From assembly GCA_964510585.1 (NCBI GenBank), contig CAZECW010000043.1, positions 1 to 13,760 of the forward strand: a DNA stretch of 13,760 nucleotides, written 5' to 3'. How positions within the stretch are numbered: position 1 is the first letter of the stretch; every line of letters starts with the position of its first letter. This document shows, one piece after another, positions 7,551 to 13,760 of the stretch. Source of the stretch: an uncultured archaeon (GTDB lineage: Archaea > Asgardarchaeota > Jordiarchaeia > Jordiarchaeales > Jordiarchaeaceae). Made by a program: the position numbers and the translations under genes. The notes beneath the pieces are model-generated. The model ran no database searches, was not told the origin of the DNA, and saw only the letters and a list, made by a program, of their open reading frames with translations.

Positions 7551-8150
7551 AACTTATAACCCCTTAAGAATTCTAAAACAGACTACTATAACCGTTGAAG
7601 GACTATGTTATTAATTGTTCTATAAACATCTTTACTTTTTCGAGAATCTTTATGAGGGAAAGAAGGAAGAGCTGAGGGGTCGATAGAAGGATAAATAGGA
7701 TTTTATCGATTTTTGATGACACGATGTATTAGGTATGTATTTTTTGGTGTTTGGTATGTAGGAGTGTTTTTCTTAAATCTTCTAATACGTCTTGGAATTG
7801 GAAAAGAAGGAGTATATAGCCTCCTTCACAAGTAGTCAACAAACAAAAACACATACTCCCTGTGCAAAAAACATGCCTATAACATTAGGTCCTATTAATC
7901 TCCAAAAAATTAATAGAGAATATAAATGCTGATATTAATCCTGTTTCTGGAAGAGTTTAATACTGTCCATAGTTTCACGAATAATTCTTATATTCTTCTT
8001 TGATCTAATTGATATTTAGAACCAAAAAAGTATAATGGAAAGAGGAATTAGTGAACATTAAACATGATTAGCGATTTTATCTTTTTTGGGACATATGTCA
8101 TTATGTTTATGCGTCTTTCTTGTTTCGTCAGGTTATAATTTATCTATCCA

Positions 8151-10430
8151 GTGAAAAGACAGAAGATGAGGGTCGGTTTTATCTTGTTTATCAAAAAATG
8201 GGAAGACTATTTTAAATGTCCAGAAAAATGTACCTTTGAATATTTTAAAAAAAGTAGATTAGATGGTAAACCCATTGCATATGCTTTAAGCCAAGCAGAT
8301 GAAGAACTCTTGGCGCACTATGAATTCAAAACTAGTAAAACAGTACTCCCCTGTTTAAATCCATTTATTGGAAACAATCATCAGAAGCTGGAGAACTGGC
8401 TCTTGGAAAATTTTACGGATTTACTTAAAGAAAGATCTGCTTTGGAGGAAGAATCTGTAAACGTCTTAAAAAAAGAGTTTATTGATTTTCGTATGCATCT
8501 TTTCGAATTGTTGTATACGCATTCAATGTCGGAATCGCACAAGATTCTATTCTTTAAAAAACAGTTGAAGAAAGAAGGTTTAGATCCTAGCATTGTAGAT
8601 GAAATTGCTAGATATCTAATTCCGGGAAGCACCCTATTTCTTCTTGAGCTATATCTCGGAATCTTATTTGATAGTACAAATATGTATGCCCTTAAGAAAG
8701 TTCAGGATACCATTACTAAACTTAAAAGGGACAAATTAAAGGAAGTTCTTGGAAAACCCGAATTATTGGTTACACCCTGGAAGCATCAAAATGAAGCTGT
8801 AGAAGCTTGGTTCAAATCAGGTCGGCGAGGAATTATAGAGATGGCCACTGCAACTGGCAAAACCTTAGTGGGGCTGAAAGCCGCCCTGGATTTATGGAAG
8901 AGAAACGAGAATGAGAAATTAGAAGTTCTTGTTCTAACGCATTCTATTGCAATATTAAATCAGTGGAGAAGAGAAGCAATAGATAAATTAGGCTTCATCG
9001 ACGACCCCCTTTTAGATTATAAAATACCGTTATGTTACAAAGGTTTCAGAATTTCATTTAACACTCTACAAACCGTTTACAAAGCTCCTCAAAATTACTA
9101 TGCGGATCTTTTAATAGTAGACGAAGTACATCATGCAGCAGCTATACAATTCAGGAAGGCTCTTGAACTGCCATGTAAATGGAAGATGGGACTTTCAGCC
9201 ACAATTGAAGGCAAAGAGCGACCATACTATCTGGAAAAAAATTTAGGACGTATAGTTTATACACTTTCCCTTAGTGATGCCATCGAGAGAGGCATTATAC
9301 CAGAATTTGAATGGAATATTTATGTGACATATTTGAGTGTTGAAGAAGAATATGAGTTCAAAGAAATCTCCAAAAAAATCCGTGACCTCTTTGACAAGAT
9401 ATCTCAAGACGAAAAAAATATTGAAAGTATTTCCAATGGAAAAATTAAGCGACTTGAAACTCTATCAGATTTTGTAAGATTGATTGAAAAGGCCAGATAC
9501 GAGGGAAAAGAAATTCCAGATGAGTGGAAAATCTTGAGAGCACTAATATTTCAAAGGCGCAGAATTCTATATACCTCCAGTCCAAAAATAGATAGAGCAC
9601 TGGAAATTGCAAGTAGAGAGGCAACCGAGAAGAAGTGCGTAATTTTCACTATGGATATAGAATCATGTGAAAAAATCGCTGAAGCGCTTAAGCCTTTTAA
9701 CGCGTTATTTGTGCATTCTGGAATCTCCGATAAAGAAAGAGATAATAGACTCAGAAGTTTCAGAGAATCTCCGAGAGGTGTGCTTGTCGCACCGAAAATG
9801 CTAGACGAAGGCATCGATGTACCTGATGCAGAAGTTGGGATAAATGTAGCTTCGTCCAAGACGAAATTACAGTTAATTCAAAGAATAGGGAGAATCCTCA
9901 GGAAAAAATCAGGCAAGAAACCCGTTTTCCATCATTTCGTAGCGATACCTAGCGAAAAGGAATTCATCTTGCAGGAAGATGGGCTTAACTACTTGGAAGA
10001 ACTATCATGGGTACTAGATACAGCACTTCGTATGGGCGTTAAGATAAGAATACCTGATAGCGAAATTAAAATAACTGAACTCCACGAGAAATCTGAAGAA
10101 TTTGTAGGAAAGTTATTAAAACAGGGAGTAAAGATATCCGTCGGAAGCTATGGAGTTATTAGGATGGATAACATTCTATCACAATTTAAAGAACCAGTGA
10201 AAAATAGACTGATGAAAATGCTTGAGGAGGAGACAGAGAATCTTACGGACGAAAAATGGCATGAATTGTTACTTAAAGCTCACCGTGAAGAAGAGAAGTT
10301 AGAAGGCGATCAATTAAATTTGCCCGGAAACTGGTGGTTATTAATAGCAGGTGGAAGGAACCCTAAAATTATAAAAGAAATCATAGGGAAATCTCTCGGC
10401 ATAACCTACGAGGATAATCCAGAAGAGTGA
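8151..10430 (+). CDS. SF2 DExH helicase/translocase (ResIII/XPB-like) with about 205-aa unknown N-terminal and about 160-aa C-terminal extensions (759 aa)
   Basis: Q motif PWKHQNEA, motif I MATATGKT, motif II IVDEVHH, motif III GLSAT, motif V MLDEGIDVPD, motif VI QRIGRILR. The start could be GTG 8151 or ATG 8166. Confidence 0.9.
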   Translation: MKRQKMRVGFILFIKKWEDYFKCPEKCTFEYFKKSRLDGKPIAYALSQADEELLAHYEFKTSKTVLPCLNPFIGNNHQKLENWLLENFTDLLKERSALEEESVNVLKKEFIDFRMHLFELLYTHSMSESHKILFFKKQLKKEGLDPSIVDEIARYLIPGSTLFLLELYLGILFDSTNMYALKKVQDTITKLKRDKLKEVLGKPELLVTPWKHQNEAVEAWFKSGRRGIIEMATATGKTLVGLKAALDLWKRNENEKLEVLVLTHSIAILNQWRREAIDKLGFIDDPLLDYKIPLCYKGFRISFNTLQTVYKAPQNYYADLLIVDEVHHAAAIQFRKALELPCKWKMGLSATIEGKERPYYLEKNLGRIVYTLSLSDAIERGIIPEFEWNIYVTYLSVEEEYEFKEISKKIRDLFDKISQDEKNIESISNGKIKRLETLSDFVRLIEKARYEGKEIPDEWKILRALIFQRRRILYTSSPKIDRALEIASREATEKKCVIFTMDIESCEKIAEALKPFNALFVHSGISDKERDNRLRSFRESPRGVLVAPKMLDEGIDVPDAEVGINVASSKTKLQLIQRIGRILRKKSGKKPVFHHFVAIPSEKEFILQEDGLNYLEELSWVLDTALRMGVKIRIPDSEIKITELHEKSEEFVGKLLKQGVKISVGSYGVIRMDNILSQFKEPVKNRLMKMLEEETENLTDEKWHELLLKAHREEEKLEGDQLNLPGNWWLLIAGGRNPKIIKEIIGKSLGITYEDNPEE

Positions 10431-10823
10431 ATAAAATTTTACATAAAGCAGAAATTATTAAGAATATTTAGACTTCTTAATGCCTTCGGGACACGCTATC
10501 TTATTGTAGTGATGATAGGGCTGCTGTTGTGATTTCTATCAATCCTTCGATTCCAAGCGTGATTCTCACAAGAGCCGCCACCAAAACGTTGTAATCCCTT
10601 ATTTTGTTAAGAACTCTCCAGCGATCTCATAACCATTGTAAAACTATGATTTTCTTATTTCAGTTTATATCGGCAAATATGATTGTCAAGCAAAAAATAA
10701 GAAATTTATTATTTATTAAAATGAATTAAAAAATAATTATTGCTTTTCCATTTTTCTTTATTATTTTAGAAAAAAAATTAATATAAACAAAGAAATTTCA
10801 TAGAATTTAAAGACAAATTACCT

Positions 10824-11747
10824 TTATGCCTCTTTTTCTTTACGTTTAGTACAAAATATAACGCCTCTTCCAACTCTAAAGTTAAGTGTTTCTGCTTCTT
10901 CTAGTGGGAAAGAGTTCTCGTATTCTATTACTGTGCTAATCCATAGTTTATGTAATTTCCATAATAGATTTTCTACGTCTTTTGGTACATCAATTAGTTT
11001 AAGCCCTATTTCTTTAGCATCGAAGAGTGTTATTGGAGCGCTGTGAGATTTATAACCTTCACATAGCTTCTTTGCTATTTCTTTAGCTTTCTCGCTATCA
11101 CCCTTAAACATTCTTCTCGTCAGTAGTTTTTCGGCTAAGCTTTTTATGTATTCCGATAATCTTTCAAAATCTCTCAATTCTGTTATGGGTATTCTATTGA
11201 GGGTTTCTTTCAACACATCAAGCTTCATTTCTCCTAAATCCATTTTTGCGATCATCTCTATTGATTCTACAAAAGTTCGTACTGGGACATAACGCTTAGT
11301 TTCTGGGCTTTCGATCATGAGTTCTACGGGGCCAAGTTCTGAAGCCGGAAGCATTACTATTTCATCCGCTGCGCATGTCAAAAGTGTAGCAGCACTTTTA
11401 GCATATCGAGGAATGATAATTGTTAACTTTTTAGTAGCACACTCTTGAAGTAAAGTCCCTATGATGTAAGCCTGGTCTGGGTCGCCCCCATGAGAAAAAA
11501 GAATCACATCAATATTCGATTTTTCCTCAATCACAGATATAGCATCATAAATCTCGTCGACGTCAGGTTTCGATATTTCCCTATTAAAACTAAATAACAT
11601 AGGAAGAACGACAGTCTTTCTAACATTTTCAAGTTGTTTAAGTAAAGGTTCGACTTCTTTCTTGAAATGTTCCAACGGTTCAGGTAGCATAGGTATGTAT
11701 CCACTTTCACTGTACTTAAGTTTTTCAAACTCTAGCCCCTTCCTCAT
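10824..11747 (-). CDS. SDH-type (ClpP/crotonase-class, DUF114/SDH_sah-like) serine protease (307 aa)
   Basis: IDVILFSHGGD, IIPRYAKS118AATLLTCAADEIVM, ELGPVE142, SH235SAPITLFDAKEIGL match the family's Ser, Asp and His motifs, with Glu at the Asp position. Confidence 0.85.
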   Translation of the reverse strand: MRKGLEFEKLKYSESGYIPMLPEPLEHFKKEVEPLLKQLENVRKTVVLPMLFSFNREISKPDVDEIYDAISVIEEKSNIDVILFSHGGDPDQAYIIGTLLQECATKKLTIIIPRYAKSAATLLTCAADEIVMLPASELGPVELMIESPETKRYVPVRTFVESIEMIAKMDLGEMKLDVLKETLNRIPITELRDFERLSEYIKSLAEKLLTRRMFKGDSEKAKEIAKKLCEGYKSHSAPITLFDAKEIGLKLIDVPKDVENLLWKLHKLWISTVIEYENSFPLEEAETLNFRVGRGVIFCTKRKEKEA

Positions 11748-12316
11748 GAAATTTTCTGAGATTTAAATTCTTCGGCTAATTCTAGGGCACAATTTAATTA
11801 GCGTCACCTTCTGTGGGTGGTGTAGTTTTGCAACTTCTACCCAACCTTTTATGCCTAGAATAGGATTTTTTCGAAATCCAAGTGCCGATTTTAGGATTAA
11901 TTTGAAAGCTTCTTTCGCAGACCGAAAACACACAACAGGTTATGCCCAGTTAACAGTGCCTGTGAATGAAGCGAAGACACCACCTAGAATTTTGAGGAGA
12001 AAAATTAAAACAAAGATTCTTCGAATTTATCATCTTGTTATGGTGTGGCTTGCTTCACATCCCCGTTTCCAAAATTTTTTAACATTAATATATTAAAAAT
12101 ATGGCAATATGAAGGTGAAAACTGGAGGGGTTTCTCCAGCCGTCCACAGAGATGCTTCCGAAAATAAAGGAGCTTTATCTGAACATATGGCACATCCTTA
12201 GCCCAGCCGCGTAAGTCCTAACACTAATGTTCGAGAAGGTGATTCAAATAGTTCTTAGTCAAACAGAAATCATTTGTTTAGATATTACTCTAAGTGATAT
12301 GTGGCTAATTTTAGAA

Positions 12317-13183
12317 TTAAACAATCTCAATGAGTTGTATGGCTTTTTTATATCTTTGTCCTATTTGTCCTTTTTTTTCGCATAAGTTTTCTATAGTAGG
12401 ACGATCAAATAGTTGTATTTGTGGTGTTTCGTCAAAGATTTTTAATAATTTTTCTTCAGTTAGCTTTAAAACCTCTTCTCTCTGCATTTTATTTTTTAGT
12501 GTAATTAGAGCAACAGTAGATATTTTGGCTTTGTCCGATGTTTTATCATTTTTAAGTTTCTCGGCTAGTTTTGATATATTTTCCACAAATTTGCCTATAT
12601 CATCTATCTCCAAAGTCTTTTTAATTTCGCCTACATGGACTTTTTTTAAATTTTCGGTAATCGGAAACTCTTCCGCGTAAACATCTACTTCAATATCTCC
12701 AAAATTGGGATAAAAGCAATTTTTCCATACGCCACCCACAATTTCTCTTAGAAATCCCCTCATAAGTGGCTCTAGCGCATATCCCTTGGATATCTTTACA
12801 ATTTCCTTTAATTTATCCGGATTCCTAACCCATCTGGCCGTGAGTCTAGTGTCCGCTTCTCGGGTAATAATTACACCAAAAATCTCAGCTAACCTAAGAA
12901 TATTATCTATAATATCTCGAAGCCCTATAATTTTTCCAAGTGAACTCTTTCTCTTTAACAGCCAAGCCGTAATTTTTCCACCAAAAAGAAATGGCAATTC
13001 AAAACCCATACCCTTAGCTAAATTGACTATGCACTCTTTAAGTTTTGCGTTCTCCTCTTTTGTGAGTTTGTCGGCTCCTTCATTCCTAGCTTTACGAAGT
13101 AAAATTGCACAATCTTTTAAATAATTTATGAGTTCGAAAATCTTTTCATCCTCAAACTCTTTAATATCCATATTAAAACACAT
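12317..13183 (-). CDS. PD-(D/E)xK restriction-endonuclease-like protein with helical N-terminal domain (288 aa; start may be ATG 13171)
   Basis: The C-terminal half carries KGYALE138, DIEVD167VYA and VHVGE186IK188, followed by DIGKF, a spacing typical of Mrr-like/REase-fold nucleases. Confidence 0.7.
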   Translation of the reverse strand: MCFNMDIKEFEDEKIFELINYLKDCAILLRKARNEGADKLTKEENAKLKECIVNLAKGMGFELPFLFGGKITAWLLKRKSSLGKIIGLRDIIDNILRLAEIFGVIITREADTRLTARWVRNPDKLKEIVKISKGYALEPLMRGFLREIVGGVWKNCFYPNFGDIEVDVYAEEFPITENLKKVHVGEIKKTLEIDDIGKFVENISKLAEKLKNDKTSDKAKISTVALITLKNKMQREEVLKLTEEKLLKIFDETPQIQLFDRPTIENLCEKKGQIGQRYKKAIQLIEIV

Positions 13184-13383
13184 CCTAATCTATTTTAATA
13201 GATATACTACAAGTTATTCCTTTTTTTTGGTTTTTGGTGGTTATAGGCTGGGATTTTCTCCAGAGATTGATTTGAGCTTCAGTTGTAAATGGAGTCATAT
13301 TAAGGCTTCTTTTGGCGAAATGAAAAATGAAACGATTAAAATTATATGCAAGAAAAGCCTACCAGAGGCGTTTTCGACCAATT

Positions 13384-13399
13384 TGCACTAAAAACTTTT
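13384..13399 (+). promoter_or_regulatory. Repeated 16-bp motif, copy 3 (TGCACTAAAAACTTTT), pointing toward the IS481-like end
   Basis: Exact 16-bp match to copy 1. Similarity continues beyond it (TACGTCC here versus GTACGCCC in copy 1). No downstream ORF occurs before the IS end at 13517. Confidence 0.5.
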
Positions 13400-13516
13400 T
13401 ACGTCCGCTTTTTCTAGCTGGAAACGTTCAAATTTATACAATTGTCTCCTTTTAATAAATTATTCTGTGATTATTGAAAAAACGTAACCAATAACCTAGT
13501 TGTGACAACGAGTCTA

Positions 13517-13541
13517 TGTAGAAGTTAGGGACATTTGTCAC
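13517..13541 (+). repeat. Putative right terminal inverted repeat of the IS481-like element
   Basis: Begins with TGT, and the minus strand reads GTGACAAATGTCCCTAACTTCTACA, a pattern resembling IS481-family right ends. The partner IR is outside the window, so it cannot be confirmed here. Confidence 0.65.
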
Positions 13542-13759
13542 CCCTTGCTGTTAATTGGTAGGATGTCCTTTAATTTAAACGCTTCTACGAACCCCTCAAA
13601 CCAAGAGGAGTTTGGTGGAACGCCGAACCGCTCATAGGGAGTCTGGAGGGTTATCCGGTTCACGCAGTGGTTCTCAAACTCCAGGAAGGCCTGGGTCTTC
13701 CGCTCCAGGTCTTCGCGGGAGCTGTAGCCCGATGTTTTGAGGATGGCCTTGAGTTCCTT
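13538..13759 (-). CDS. C-terminal 73 aa of a DDE (integrase-core, IS481-like) transposase, partial
   Basis: KELKAILKTSGYSSREDLERKTQAFLEFENHCVNRITLQTPYERF...SKG* resembles the end of rve domains (consensus ..S.EEL...L..F...YN..R.H..L...TP.ERF). Missed by the ORF track because the start is outside the window. Confidence 0.75.
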   Translation of the reverse strand, partial: KELKAILKTSGYSSREDLERKTQAFLEFENHCVNRITLQTPYERFGVPPNSSWFEGFVEAFKLKDILPINSKG

Positions 13760-13760
13760 C

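Larger units (their letters stand above)
13517..13760 (-). mobile_element. Right end of an IS481-family-like insertion sequence (continues beyond the window)
   Basis: GC content rises from about this point to the window edge. The terminus reads TGTAGAAGTTAGGGACATTTGTCAC on the plus strand, giving the 5'-TGT end typical of IS481/IS3-type elements, and the transposase stop lies inside this IR. Confidence 0.75.

Noticed and set aside
8151-10430. Calling the helicase a phosphorothioation (dnd/dpt) restriction component
   Set aside because: No dnd/ssp modification genes lie in the window and no PLD nuclease motif is present; the resemblance is limited to the helicase core.
11761-11776. BRE-TATA-like GCCGAAGAATTTAAAT upstream of the protease
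   Set aside because: It is only 13 nt from the annotated ATG (11747), too close for normal spacing unless the true start is downstream (e.g. 11690). I cannot resolve this from sequence alone.
1892-13391. Short antisense or overlapping ORFs (1892..2095, 2702..2911, 3011..3211, 4845..5153, 5479..5661, 6649..6843, 7328..7546, 8381..8632, 9551..9859, 11531..11728, 12330..12680, 12786..13124, 13128..13391)
   Set aside because: They are shadows of well-supported longer genes, with no motifs and composition typical of reverse-frame translation.
1-13760. Composite transposon formed by the two flanking IS segments
   Set aside because: The two elements belong to unrelated families (HUH IS91-like versus DDE IS481-like) and share no ends.
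1-13760. Restriction-site avoidance revealing the nuclease target
   Set aside because: GCGC (e.g. 472, 1013, 2740) and CCGG (e.g. 414, 858, 4281) both occur repeatedly. The window is too short for statistics; a genome-wide k-mer bias calculation would be needed.
1-13760. CRISPR array or integron attC cassette array
   Set aside because: I saw no regularly spaced direct repeats, and no paired RYYYAAC/GTTRRRY boxes with internal symmetry after the genes.

Overview
A low-GC, probably archaeal defence island of about 12.3 kb lies between two GC-richer insertion-sequence segments. The archaeal assignment is an inference from BRE/TATA-like upstream motifs and the protein families present. The left end is a heavily frameshifted IS91-family (HUH/Y2 rolling-circle) transposase pseudogene. 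The right end is the 3' end and terminal inverted repeat of an IS481-like DDE element; neither transposase was called by the ORF track. Between them are five co-oriented minus-strand genes: a spore-photoproduct-lyase-like radical SAM enzyme, an ABC-type (AAA_15/AAA_21) ATPase translationally coupled to a small TOPRIM protein, a gamma-class amino-DNA-methyltransferase (NPPF) and a HinP1I-family restriction endonuclease. These are followed by a divergent SF2 helicase with no recognisable nuclease domain, an SDH/ClpP-class serine protease with Glu at the usual catalytic Asp position, and a PD-(D/E)xK nuclease. The most notable points are: (i) a HinP1I-like nuclease, a family normally served by C5-cytosine MTases at all-GC sites, sits beside an amino-MTase; (ii) the SPL-like enzyme lacks the SPL H-donor cysteine and sits among defence genes; (iii) a PARIS/OLD-like ATPase-TOPRIM pair shares a 16-bp upstream motif (TGCACTAAAA[A/G]CTTTT, three copies in the window) with the MTase; (iv) the island lies on the terIS side of the IS91-like element, the side such elements are known to co-mobilise. 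All family assignments come from motif recognition by eye; no database search was run.
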